NCBI GenBank assembly: GCA_963768305.1
Contig: CAVYHE010000008.1
Span: forward strand, 16,565-80,564
DNA length: 64,000 nucleotides
From: an uncultured bacterium
GTDB lineage: Bacteria; Margulisbacteria; WOR-1; CAVSGV01
Direction of reading: 5' to 3'
Shown: positions 23,861 through 33,428 of the stretch, piece after piece
Position numbering within the stretch: position 1 is the stretch's first letter
Layout of the letters: the number at the start of each line of letters is the position of its first letter
Notes under the pieces: model-generated
What the model was told of the DNA's origin: nothing
The model's input: only the letters and a program-made list of their open reading frames with translations
Databases searched by the model: none
Program-made: the position numbers and the translations under genes

Positions 23861-24886
23861 TTACCCTTCCACTTTAGCTTTTGAAATCACAAAGTCAATC
23901 GCTTTTTCCCTTGATAGATATTCTTTGATCGAATTGAGCATATCTTCGGTCGCTTCCTTTTTGAAGTCTTCTGCCGTTCTTCCGTAATGCTGGGCAAGCA
24001 GTTCCATCTCTTTATCAATATCGTTTTGCTCCACTTCAAGTTTTTCTTTTTCAACGATATATTCAAGGGCCAGTTTTGCCTTCAACCGCACTTCCGCACT
24101 GGGCTTCATTTCATCCCTCAGTTTGCCCATATCCTTTTTTACCGCTGAAAGATAAGAGGCGACCGTCATCCTGTTCCTTTCAAGCGAAGCTTCCAGGTCG
24201 TGCATCATTGAGTCTATTTCGCGCTCGAACATTCCGCCGGGGATATCGCCTTCCACAAGCTCAGACAATTTTTTTGTGACACTATCCCTTTCAGCGATCT
24301 CCGCTTCTCTTTCTTTTCTTCATGCAGGTTCGCCATGATAAGATCTTTCAGCTCCTGCAGTGAGTTTGTTTGGCTCACTTTTTTCGCGAATTCATCATCC
24401 ACGCACAAGCTCGCTTTCAGGAATATTCATTTGTTTTGAGTAGTTTTGTTTTATGTATCCTATGGTCTTATCTATGTCAGCGTCCGTGACTTCCGTGGAA
24501 CGTTTTTCAAGCGCAAGTTTCTTGTAATTGCCAAGCTTGATCTCAGGATAAACGTCCACTTTAACGGTGAAAATAATAGGTGATGTTTTATCAAGCTTTT
24601 TCAGCTCTACTCCCGGATAATCTACCGGTTTGATGCCTGAAGCGTTTACGATGTCAGGATATATATCTGAGAAAAGGAATTGTACCGCCCTGTCAATGAC
24701 GGCTTCCTCATGGATATACTTCTTTAACAGGCCGGCAGGGACTTTCCCCAGCCTGAACCCGGGGACATTAACTTCCCTGGAAGCTTCCGTGTAAGCTTTC
24801 TCTATCTTCGGCTCAAGCTTTGAATATTCCTCTTCAATTTCAAGCGTTACTTGATTCCCCAATTTTTCCTGTTTCAGTATTTTCAA
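23861..24886 (-). CDS. tig: Trigger factor lacking the PPIase domain (frameshifts near 24400 and 24290)
   Basis: PGFRLGKVP ribosome-binding motif, DDEFAK and C-domain REKAIDFVI; lies directly before clpP. Confidence 0.9.
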
Positions 24887-24999
24887 TTATTTGCCTTTCT
24901 TTCCGGCTTCTTAACCCTTACACCTAACCCTTAACCATTAAATCAAATATTCTTTCAAGTTTGGGCCCCTCCGAAACGGCTTTCCTCCCAAACTTGAAA

Positions 25000-25075
25000 G
25001 GGTGGACGATCGGACTTGAACCGACAACCACCAGATCCACAATCTGGTGCTCTAACCAATTGAGCTACGCCCACC
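25000..25075 (-). tRNA. tRNA-His(GTG)
   Basis: Cloverleaf, anticodon arm ccaga-ttGTGga-tctgg, encoded G-1, no CCA. Confidence 0.95.
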
Positions 25076-25082
25076 ATAAACT

Positions 25083-25156
25083 CGGGCCTGACAGGATTCG
25101 AACCTGCGACCGACGGATTAGAAATCCGTTGCTCTATCCAGCTGAGCTACAGGCCC
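25083..25156 (-). tRNA. tRNA-Arg(TCT)
   Basis: Anticodon arm acgga-ttTCTaa-tccgt; T-loop GTTCGAATC. Confidence 0.95.
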
Positions 25157-25165
25157 AAACTTCAA

Positions 25166-25237
25166 AGCGGGAGACGGGATTCGAACCCGCGACCTCCTGC
25201 TTGGAAGGCAGGAGCTCTACCACTGAGCTACTCCCGC
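25166..25237 (-). tRNA. tRNA-Gly(TCC)
   Basis: Anticodon arm cctgc-ctTCCaa-gcagg; GCGGGAG acceptor stem. Confidence 0.95.
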
Positions 25238-25252
25238 AAATTAATCAACTCA

Positions 25253-25334
25253 TGCCGCGGAGAGGAGTCGAACCTCTATGCCTTTCGGCACAAGATCCTA
25301 AGTCTTGCGTGTCTGCCAATTTCACCACCGCGGC
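25253..25334 (-). tRNA. tRNA-Leu(TAG)
   Basis: Anticodon arm caaga-ctTAGga-tcttg; long variable arm. Confidence 0.95.
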
Positions 25335-25359
25335 ATTCGAATGATCCCTAAACTTAATA

Positions 25360-25404
25360 CTGCCAACCTGCCCCGCGTGTATCGCGGGGTTTCGCCACCT
25401 CGGC
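25360..25404 (-). pseudogene. 5' fragment of a tRNA-Leu interrupted by a 23-nt hairpin insertion
   Basis: GCCGAGGTGGCGAAA[CCCCGCGATACACGCGGGGCAGG]TTGGCAG. Without the insert it matches the 5' end of the adjacent tRNA-Leu at 20 of 22 positions. Confidence 0.65.
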
Positions 25405-25413
25405 CCGTCTTTT

Positions 25414-25486
25414 TGCACCGCAGAGGAATCGAACCTCTAACCTTGGCATTAAGAGTGCCCTGCTCTGCCAATTGAGCTAGCGGTGC
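25414..25486 (-). tRNA. tRNA-Lys(CTT)
   Basis: Anticodon arm ggca-ctCTTaa-tgcc; complete cloverleaf. Confidence 0.93.
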
Positions 25487-25500
25487 AAAAAATCGAACAA

Positions 25501-25575
25501 TCGGGGCGGCCGGATTTGAACCGACGACCTCCTGCGCCCAAGGCAGGCGCTCTAGCCAAGCTGAGCCACGCCCCG
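25501..25575 (-). tRNA. tRNA-Pro(TGG)
   Basis: CGGGGCG acceptor stem; anticodon arm cctgc-ctTGGgc-gcagg. Confidence 0.95.
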
Positions 25576-25586
25576 CAACAAATAAC

Positions 25587-25660
25587 CGCGCCCGATAGGA
25601 CTTGAACCTACAACCTTCTCCTTCGAAGGGAGCCGCTCTATCCAATTGAGCTACGGGCGC
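25587..25660 (-). tRNA. tRNA-Arg(TCG)
   Basis: GCGCCCG acceptor stem; anticodon arm ctcc-ctTCGaa-ggag. Confidence 0.92.
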
Positions 25661-25680
25661 ACGAAAAGGCAAAATTTAAA

Positions 25681-25753
25681 AGCGGGAGACGGGTCTCGAA
25701 CCCGCGACCTTTTGCTTGGCAAGCAAATGCTCTACCAACTGAGCTACTCCCGC
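25681..25753 (-). tRNA. tRNA-Gly(GCC)
   Basis: Anticodon arm tttgc-ttGCCaa-gcaaa. Confidence 0.95.
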
Positions 25754-25769
25754 AAAATACCCGTGGGGA

Positions 25770-26363
25770 TTATATCATTTTTGCCAGTATAACAGCAACT
25801 TTTCTAAGGGCTTTTCCTCGGTGGGAGATATTGTTCTTTAACTTTAACGGCATCTGGGCAAAAGTCATTGAATGACCTTGAGGGACAAAAACAGGATCAT
25901 ATCCGAACCCGTTGCCGCCCTTCATTTTATCGATTACTCTCCCGCGGCAGACGCCTTTTGCCAGCCTGATCTTCCTGCCGTCCGCGACAGCCATTACGCA
26001 CACGAATTTCGCCTTTCTGTTCTTTTTTGACCTCATTTCTTTCAGCAATTTCCCGCAAAGCCTTTGAGTTGAAGGGTTTGGGCCGGCATATCTGGCCGAT
26101 CTGACGCCAGGCCTGCCGTTCAAGGCGTCAACGCAAAGGCCGGAATCATCGGCAAGGACTGGAGCTTTAAGTCTTTTGGATATCGAAATTGCCTTCTTGA
26201 TGGCGTTCTCTTCGAAAGTTCTGCCGGTTTCCTTGATATTGGGAGTTTTTGGCATGTTGAGTAGAGATAATATATGTAATTTGAGAGGTTTGAGAATGTG
26301 TTTGATCTCTCTGACTTTCCCGTTATTCTTTGTGGCAATGAGCAGAATTTTTTTCATGCGCAT
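25770..26363 (-). CDS. rdgB: Non-canonical purine NTP pyrophosphatase (RdgB/HAM1)
   Basis: ATKNNGK, ADDSGL, GFGYDPVF and SHRGKA. Confidence 0.95.
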   Translation of the reverse strand: MRMKKILLIATKNNGKVREIKHILKPLKLHILSLLNMPKTPNIKETGRTFEENAIKKAISISKRLKAPVLADDSGLCVDALNGRPGVRSARYAGPNPSTQRLCGKLLKEMRSKKNRKAKFVCVMAVADGRKIRLAKGVCRGRVIDKMKGGNGFGYDPVFVPQGHSMTFAQMPLKLKNNISHRGKALRKVAVILAKMI

Positions 26364-26381
26364 ACCCTTAACTCATAACTC

Positions 26382-27660
26382 TTAACTCTTCTGTATCGCC
26401 TTTCTCCCGATATCGCTTCTGTAATGCTTGCCGTCAAAAGAGATCATGTGGACGACTTGATATGCGCGATCGATAGCTGATTTAATGGTGTCCGCCATAG
26501 CTGTGACACCGAGAACTCTTCCGCCGGATGTCACGATCTTGCCGTCCTTCATGGCCGTTCCCGCGTGAAAAACGACCGCATCGTCAACGAATTTCGATTC
26601 AAATAACCCCGATATTTCTTTTCCTTTTCCGTAAGCCCCGGGATAACCCTTTGATGCAAGAACAATGCAAACAGCCGCCCTCTCATCCCATTCGATCTTT
26701 ATCTTATCAAGCTTGCCGTCAAGGATATGTTCAATGATATCGATGAGGTCAGTTTTTAACCTCATCATTATCGGCTGGGTCTCCGGATCGCCGAACCGGA
26801 CATTGAATTCAAGGACTTTCGGCCCTTCCTTCGTTATCATTATCCCCGCGTATAAAACTCCGACAAAAGCGGCGCCCTCTTTTCTCATACCGTCGATCAT
26901 TTTTTTAAAAACATTTTCCTTCACATAATTCAATATTTTATCGGTCACGACCGGCGCCGGGCTGTAAGCTCCCATCCCGCCAGTGTTCGGCCCCATGTCA
27001 TTGTCAAAGATCCTTTTGTGGTCCTGCGCCGACTGCATGATAGAAAAATGCTTTCCGTCGGAAAAAGCCAGGATAGAAGCTTCCTCGCCGACCAGGCATT
27101 CTTCAATGATTATTTTTGATGACGCTTCCTTGAATTCATGCTCGCCAAGCATCCTGTGAACGGCTTCTTCCGCTTCTTCCAGTGTCTCTTCGCGACAACA
27201 ACGCCTTTCCCTGCGGCAAGGCCGTCCGCTTTTACCACAACGGAAGAATTAAATGTACGCTAAGATATTCGATGGCGGCCTTTTCATCGGTGAATTCTGT
27301 CATAATCGCCGTCGGAACGCCGTATTTTTTCATGATCTCTTTCGCGTACGCTTTGCTGCCTTCCAGCTTTGCTGCTGCCTTGGACGGGCCGAATATTTTC
27401 AGGCCGTCCTGCTGGAATTCATCCACTATTCCCGCGGCAAGAGGGGCTTCCGGCCCGACGATGGTGAGATCGATCTTGTTATCGAGGACGAATTTTTTCA
27501 GGGCGGGGATATTATCATCTTTAATGTCGATGCACTCCGCCAGGGCGGCGATCCCGGCATTTCCCGGCGCGCAGAATATCTTATCGACTTTTTTGCTTTG
27601 CGACACCTTCCAAACAAGCGCGTGTTCTCTTCCGCCGCCACCGATGACAAGTACTTTCAT
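26382..27660 (-). CDS. purD: Phosphoribosylamine--glycine ligase (frameshifted near 27180-27260)
   Basis: N-half has GGGGREHAL; C-half has QDHKR, GPNTGGMG and EFNVRFGDPE. Confidence 0.93.
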
Positions 27661-29363
27661 TTTTTCTCCTCGTTCCTTATATCGACCAGGTTCAGCTGGG
27701 CCGACCCGTAGCCGTTGTACTCGTTTACCTCTAAATTATAAGCCAGATCGTAGCTTTCGCCCAGCCGTAATTTATCCGCAAGCTCGCCCATGGAAAACCC
27801 GATGGAATCAAGGACAACACTGCCATCCGTGAACCTTGTCTTTAAATGCGAGCCGTCCCCCACCCTTCTCATGTCGATAAGTTTCAGCCCGAGGCTCGCA
27901 AAAACAGGAGTCGGGTTTTCTTCGCCGTATGGGTTCAAAAGTTCAAGTTCTGACGCAAGTCCCATGTTGATCTGTTTCGGGTCGAGAACGGATTCGATCT
28001 CAAGCGCCGGAGTAAGATCTTCATCGGAGATCAGGTCGTCAAATATCTTTCTGAGCCGCCTTGTAAGTTCGGGTATTTTATCTTCTGATATCTCGAATCC
28101 CGCCGCTTTCTTGTGCCCGCCGAAATCCATGAAAAGATCCCGGCATTGGTCAAGGACGCTGAAAATATCGATCCCATCGATCGATCTTGCCGACCCTCTG
28201 CCGATGCCTTCAGCAATGCCTATCAGCACCGCGGGACGGTAATATTTATCAACGACCTGCGAAGCGGCTATCCCTATCACTCCCGGATTCCAGGAATCCC
28301 CGCTGAGGATCACCGCTTTTTCCGGAGAATCGCCGATACGCGCGAAAACTTCTTGCTGTATCTGGTTGCCGATGCTCTGCCTTTTTGAATTAAGCTTATT
28401 GAGTTCACCGGCTAATGTTTCGGCCCTTGCCGCGTCTTTTGTCGTGAGAAGCTCCACGCTCAAGGAAGCATGTTCAAGACGGCCGGCGGAATTAAGCCGG
28501 GGCGCGATGGTGTAATTCACGATGTTTGAAGTTATTCTTTTCTTGATGCCGGCTGATTCGATCAAACTTTTCAAGCCGACCCTGATATTGCTGTTCAAGC
28601 ATTTCAATCCATAAACCGCCAGTATCCTGTTCTCTCCGATAAGAGGAACAATGTCCGCGATCGTCCCAAGCCCCGCAAGGTCGAACATGTCCATTAATTT
28701 TGAGCTGTCCGATATTCCGGCTGCCCTGTAGAGCCCCCACGCGAATTTGAACGCGACTCCGGCGCCTGACATTTCCCTGGTCTTGTGGCCGCCATCGATC
28801 AGCTTGGGATTCACGATCGCATAGGCCTTCGGCAATTTTGACGGCGGATTATGATGGTCGGTTATGATGACTTCCATCCCCAGCGAATTGGCATATTCCA
28901 CTTCAATGAGGTTGCTGATGCCGCAATCAACGGTAATTATCAGCCGAACTCCTTCATCATATAATTTCTTTACGGCTTCATTGTTCATCCCGTACCCTTC
29001 GTTATACCTGTGAGGGATATAATATGTAGCGTCAATGCCGAGGTCTTTCAGCGCCAGAAGAAGGATGGATGTTCCGGTAACGCCGTCCACATCGTAATCG
29101 CCGTACACCGCGACCTTCTCTTTGTCGGCTTTTGCAAGAAGGATCCTGTTCGCGGCCTTTTCCAGGTCCGGGATGTCATACGGATTTGTAAGAAAATTAA
29201 GCTTCGGTGTGATGAACGCGTCCAGCTCCGATGTCGAAGAAACGCCTCTGTTGATCAAAACCTGGGCAAGTGTTGCGGAAATATTTGAAGCTCTGGAAAG
29301 TTCGCAGGCGGTATCTTTATCCTGGGGGGTTATCAGCCATTTCCTGCTTGTAAGGGTCATCAC
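27657..29363 (-). CDS. recJ: ssDNA exonuclease RecJ
   Basis: YGDYDVDG, TDHH, GSARS and GGHKKAAG. Confidence 0.95.
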   Translation of the reverse strand: MMTLTSRKWLITPQDKDTACELSRASNISATLAQVLINRGVSSTSELDAFITPKLNFLTNPYDIPDLEKAANRILLAKADKEKVAVYGDYDVDGVTGTSILLLALKDLGIDATYYIPHRYNEGYGMNNEAVKKLYDEGVRLIITVDCGISNLIEVEYANSLGMEVIITDHHNPPSKLPKAYAIVNPKLIDGGHKTREMSGAGVAFKFAWGLYRAAGISDSSKLMDMFDLAGLGTIADIVPLIGENRILAVYGLKCLNSNIRVGLKSLIESAGIKKRITSNIVNYTIAPRLNSAGRLEHASLSVELLTTKDAARAETLAGELNKLNSKRQSIGNQIQQEVFARIGDSPEKAVILSGDSWNPGVIGIAASQVVDKYYRPAVLIGIAEGIGRGSARSIDGIDIFSVLDQCRDLFMDFGGHKKAAGFEISEDKIPELTRRLRKIFDDLISDEDLTPALEIESVLDPKQINMGLASELELLNPYGEENPTPVFASLGLKLIDMRRVGDGSHLKTRFTDGSVVLDSIGFSMGELADKLRLGESYDLAYNLEVNEYNGYGSAQLNLVDIRNEEKK

Positions 29364-29791
29364 ACCGAGCGGATAAGGAACAATTTCTGGCCGTATTCAA
29401 CGGCCTGGCCGTTCTCAACGAGGATCTTTGTGACCTCTCCCTTTATTTCCGACTCGATCTCGTTGAAAAGTTTCATCGCTTCTATGATGCAGACCGTCTT
29501 TCCCGGCTCCACTTTGTCCCCTATTTCAAGGTATGGCGCGGAGTCCGGGGACGGCGACCTGTAAAATGTCCCGACCATGGGAGCGGTTATCGCCAGAACG
29601 CCTTCTTCTTCCTCGTTCTTTTTTGCAGGGGCGGCAGGTCCCTGATGGTGGGGCACCGGATGTGAAGGGACGGCGTGCCCGCCTTTTTCCCTTTTGACCT
29701 CCACCCTGAAGTCGCCCTGCTGGACGGCCAGGCCGGAGATGTCGGCATCTTCCGCTATCTTTATTACTTTTTTAACTAGATCAAAGTCCAT
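29360..29791 (-). CDS. accB: Acetyl-CoA carboxylase biotin carboxyl carrier protein
   Basis: APMVGTFY and EAMKLFNEI biotinylation motif. Confidence 0.95.
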   Translation of the reverse strand: MDFDLVKKVIKIAEDADISGLAVQQGDFRVEVKREKGGHAVPSHPVPHHQGPAAPAKKNEEEEGVLAITAPMVGTFYRSPSPDSAPYLEIGDKVEPGKTVCIIEAMKLFNEIESEIKGEVTKILVENGQAVEYGQKLFLIRSV

Positions 29792-29834
29792 AATGAAGTC
29801 CTGATTTTATACTATCCCGCAAAATTAATCAACA

Positions 29835-30396
29835 TCAAACTCGCTCGATATATTTGCCTGACCTTGTGTCTACCTTTGACGGTATCGCCCTGATTTATGA
29901 ACAGGGGGACCTGAACGGAAATTCCGGTCTCAAGCTTTGCCGGCTTCATCGCGCCGGAAACCGTATCGCCCTTATATCCGGGCTCAGTTTCGGTGATCTT
30001 AAGCTCGACGGAATTGGGGATGTTTATGCCGATTATCTGGTCCTTGTAATACATGAGCGTGACCATGGATTCTTCCTTTATATAACCCGCGGCTTCGCCG
30101 ACTTTTTCTTTCGGCAAGGTGAGCTGTTCAAAAGTTTCCTGGTCCATGAAGGTGAAGTCATCCTGGACGCGGTATACGTATTGCATGTTCTTGTATTCAA
30201 TGTGGGCTTTTTCCACTTTTTCGCTGACTCTGAAGGAACGCTCAACGATGGACCCCGTTATCATGTTCTTCATTTTGATCTTCACGACGGCCTGCTGGGC
30301 CATCTTTATGTGCTTGTAATCGATGACCTGGAACAGACCTCCGTCTGATTCAATTGATATCCCTGGTTTTGCTTCAGTAATTGAAATTGTGACCAT
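29835..30396 (-). CDS. efp: Elongation factor P (one extra base near the 3' end)
   Basis: EPGYKGDTV, KPAKLETG and VPLFI; the corrected end reads VKVDTRSGKYIERV*; adjacent to accB. Confidence 0.93.
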
Positions 30397-30468
30397 AAAA
30401 CCTGACAATCTTACAGGAAAAAAGCGGGGTATTCAAGCGCATGATTTTGAATACTCTTATAAAAAAGC

Positions 30469-31632
30469 TTATTTGGGAGCTTCCATCCCGGCTTCTTCAA
30501 ATATTTTGCTTATCTCATTTTTATCCAATCCGACTTTATCCATTCCGGAATCTATCCTCTTAAGGGCTTCTGATTTATAAACCGGATCCCCGCTATCCCT
30601 GATCGTTCTCAAAGCTTCTTTTAACACTTTGATCGTCTCGTTCTTATCCTGACCGGCTTTATTCATCGCGAAAGCTATATTAATGATCGCCTCTGCTTTA
30701 CAATCTATATCCGCAATTGTCCTGGCGGCTGCCAAAGCTGTTTGAAAAACCTTGTTCACTTTGTCTTTATCCGGCTCGGATTCGGACATCTTTAGAGCTA
30801 TCTTCATAAATGCCCATGCTTTCCAATATGGATCTTGAACGAACTTGGCAGTTCCCAGCGCTTCGTTAAAAACTTTGTTTACCTCGTTCTTATCAAGCTT
30901 GGCTTCAGCCATATATGAAGCTATGTAACCAATGAGTGCCGCTTTCGATAGCGCATCCTCAGGGCCTAAAGTCCTGGCTGCGTCCAATGCTTTGTTGAAT
31001 ACTCTGCCCATTTCGTACTTATTCAGTTGGGTGTAAGTGGCCTCTGATGCCGCATCCAAAATAGCCCATGTTTTCCAGTACGGATCTTTAATGGCCACGG
31101 CTATGTCCAAAGCTTCCTTTAACGCACTGCCTATCTCGACATCATCAAGGCCAGCCTTAGCCATATTTGAAGCTATATAGTCAATGGCCTTTGCTTTACA
31201 ATATAAATTTGAGATGGCCCTGGCAGTTTCAAGGGCTTCATTGAATAACTCGATCATCCTGCTCTTACCCAGCTTTGCCTTGATCATATCGGAAGTTATA
31301 TCCTTGATCGCCTCAACTTCTTCATCAGGATCTTTTATGGTCGCGACTTTTTTAAATGCCTCTTGAAAACACCCGTAAAGGACATCCCGGTCCGCTTCCG
31401 TTAATGCGAGTGGATGCTTGTCCATCGGGCTGATGCTCTCCAAGTTTTGGATATAAAATTTTGCTTCAGCTTCCACAATATTCCCATCCTTATTTATATC
31501 GGCGGCTTCTATATAGCTTTCGTCAGAATACGGATCGGAAGTTTTTTTAATGGCCCCTTTATGATTCATAAGCTTATATAGTAGCGCCTGAGCGTTACTT
31601 GAAACATTCGAGACCTGTAAACTATCGGACAT
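30469..31632 (-). CDS. Orphan alpha-solenoid (HEAT/TPR-like, about 39-aa repeats) protein with an N-terminal EF-hand-like loop
   Basis: GGAGG before MSDSLQVSN; DINKDGNIVEAE; about seven repeats of KAxAIxxIAxxMAKAxLDKNExxKVFNEALxxAxxIxDP. Confidence 0.75.
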   Translation of the reverse strand: MSDSLQVSNVSSNAQALLYKLMNHKGAIKKTSDPYSDESYIEAADINKDGNIVEAEAKFYIQNLESISPMDKHPLALTEADRDVLYGCFQEAFKKVATIKDPDEEVEAIKDITSDMIKAKLGKSRMIELFNEALETARAISNLYCKAKAIDYIASNMAKAGLDDVEIGSALKEALDIAVAIKDPYWKTWAILDAASEATYTQLNKYEMGRVFNKALDAARTLGPEDALSKAALIGYIASYMAEAKLDKNEVNKVFNEALGTAKFVQDPYWKAWAFMKIALKMSESEPDKDKVNKVFQTALAAARTIADIDCKAEAIINIAFAMNKAGQDKNETIKVLKEALRTIRDSGDPVYKSEALKRIDSGMDKVGLDKNEISKIFEEAGMEAPK

Positions 31633-31680
31633 TTTCTGCCTCCAATGGGACTTTTTGTGCAATTTTCACTGTATATATTA

Positions 31681-31708
31681 TTATCGACAAATCCATCCTG
31701 AAATCTCA
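31681..31708 (-). promoter_or_regulatory. Putative sigma28-like promoter TGAGATTT-N13-TCGATAA
   Basis: Second copy of the orphan-gene motif, about 50 nt upstream of the start codon. Confidence 0.6.
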
Positions 31709-31759
31709 CGATTTAATGGAAATATTTGCGGTGATCCTGAGGCATTTCGAGGTTAGATC

Positions 31760-33427
31760 TTACGCCCTGCTTTCGTCTTCCACTTCGTATGTGGAATAAT
31801 AATACGGGGTGAACGCCTCAAATTCGGCGCTGCAGGTGTCGACTAACTTGTAAACAGGCTTAAGCTTGCGGTCCTGCCTCATGTTATATACGGATATTTC
31901 GTCAAGCCCCAGGAGCCTGCCCAGATGAACATCCGAAAACCCCATCTGTTTCGCTTCGATAAGTAGTTTATCCGGGATATTCGCACCCCTGAACTTTAAT
32001 ATTTCATGTTCAAGCTCGATGATCTCTTGTATGTTCTTAAGGAACCACCTGTCGATAAACGTGAGCTTGAATATTTCATCTATAGAAAATCCCGCTTCGA
32101 TCGCGTATTTTATGAAGAATATCCTCTCGGCGTTCGGCCTTTTCAATTTATCTACGATCTCCGTCCTGGTCAATTTATGCCCCTTCGGTACGGCGACTTC
32201 ATCAAGCCCGAAACTTTTAATTTCAAGCGACCTCAATCCCTTGTTTAGCGCTTCTTTGAAAGTGCGCCCTATCGACATCGTTTCGCCTACGGATTTCATG
32301 GACGGACCCAGCGTCGGGTCGGCGCCAGGGAATTTCTCGAAAGTGAACCTCGGTATCTTTACGACGCAGTAGTCGATGGTCGGCTCAAAGCACGCCGGCG
32401 TCTGCTTGGTGATGTCATTCCGTATCTCAGGGAGCGTATAGCCGACAGCGAGTTTCGCCGCGATCTTAGCAATGGGGAATCCGGTGGCCTTGGACGCGAG
32501 AGCAGATGACCTGGAAACACGCGGGTTCATTTCTATTACGACCATCTTTCCGTCATCGGGATTCACCGCGAACTGGATATTGGAACCGCCGGTTTCAACG
32601 CCTATCTCCCTTATTATCGCTATGGACGCGTCCCTCATTTTCTGGTATTCCACGTCCGTCAGGGTTTGGATGGGCGCGACGGTTATGCTGTCGCCGGTAT
32701 GGACTCCCATCGGGTCGAAATTTTCGATAGAACAGATTATGACGACGTTGTCAGCCTTATCCCTCATCACTTCAAGCTCGAATTCCTTCCAGCCGACAAC
32801 GGATTCTTCAATAAGTATTTCGGATATTGGGCTTGATTCGATCCCGATAGCGGCGAATTTTTTGAATTCAGCCATTGAATGGGCAACTGCCTGTCCCGTG
32901 CCCCCCAGAGTGAAACTGGGCCTTATTATCACGGGGAATCCGATCCGTTTGACCGCGCTGACGGCATCCTTTAACGTACGTGCTATCCCGCTTTGCGGGA
33001 CATCCAGTCCGATCTTTTCCATCGCTTTCCTGAAAAGTAACCTGTTTTCCCCTTTTTTGATGGCTTTCGCATCCGCGCCAATCATTTCCACATTGTATTT
33101 TTTCAGGATGCCGCTGTCGTGGACGGCAATAACAGTATTGAGAGCAGTTTGTCCGCCGAGTGTCGGTAATATCGCGTCGGGCCTTTCTTTCTTTATGACT
33201 TTTTCGATTATTTCCGGCGTGATCGGTTCAACATATGTCCTGTCAGCAAGCTGGGGATCGGTCATAATGGTGGCGGGATTGCTGTTGATAAGAATGACCC
33301 TGTATCCTTCGGCTTTCAGCGCCCTGCACGCCTGCGTGCCGGAGTAATCAAATTCGCACGCCTGGCTTATTATTATCGGCCCCGAGCCGATAATCAGGAT
33401 CGATTTGATATCTTTTCGCTTCGGCAT
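31760..33427 (-). CDS. carB: Carbamoyl-phosphate synthase large subunit, N-terminal half only (split carB)
   Basis: [17 protein letters not shown]...[19 protein letters not shown], then a clean stop at 555 aa; no C-half follows. Confidence 0.9.
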   Translation of the reverse strand: MPKRKDIKSILIIGSGPIIISQACEFDYSGTQACRALKAEGYRVILINSNPATIMTDPQLADRTYVEPITPEIIEKVIKKERPDAILPTLGGQTALNTVIAVHDSGILKKYNVEMIGADAKAIKKGENRLLFRKAMEKIGLDVPQSGIARTLKDAVSAVKRIGFPVIIRPSFTLGGTGQAVAHSMAEFKKFAAIGIESSPISEILIEESVVGWKEFELEVMRDKADNVVIICSIENFDPMGVHTGDSITVAPIQTLTDVEYQKMRDASIAIIREIGVETGGSNIQFAVNPDDGKMVVIEMNPRVSRSSALASKATGFPIAKIAAKLAVGYTLPEIRNDITKQTPACFEPTIDYCVVKIPRFTFEKFPGADPTLGPSMKSVGETMSIGRTFKEALNKGLRSLEIKSFGLDEVAVPKGHKLTRTEIVDKLKRPNAERIFFIKYAIEAGFSIDEIFKLTFIDRWFLKNIQEIIELEHEILKFRGANIPDKLLIEAKQMGFSDVHLGRLLGLDEISVYNMRQDRKLKPVYKLVDTCSAEFEAFTPYYYSTYEVEDESRA

Positions 33428-33428
33428 A

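Noticed and set aside
24961-25672. ORFs 24961..25344(+) and 25322..25672(-)
   Set aside because: They overlap the tRNA cluster and are spurious.
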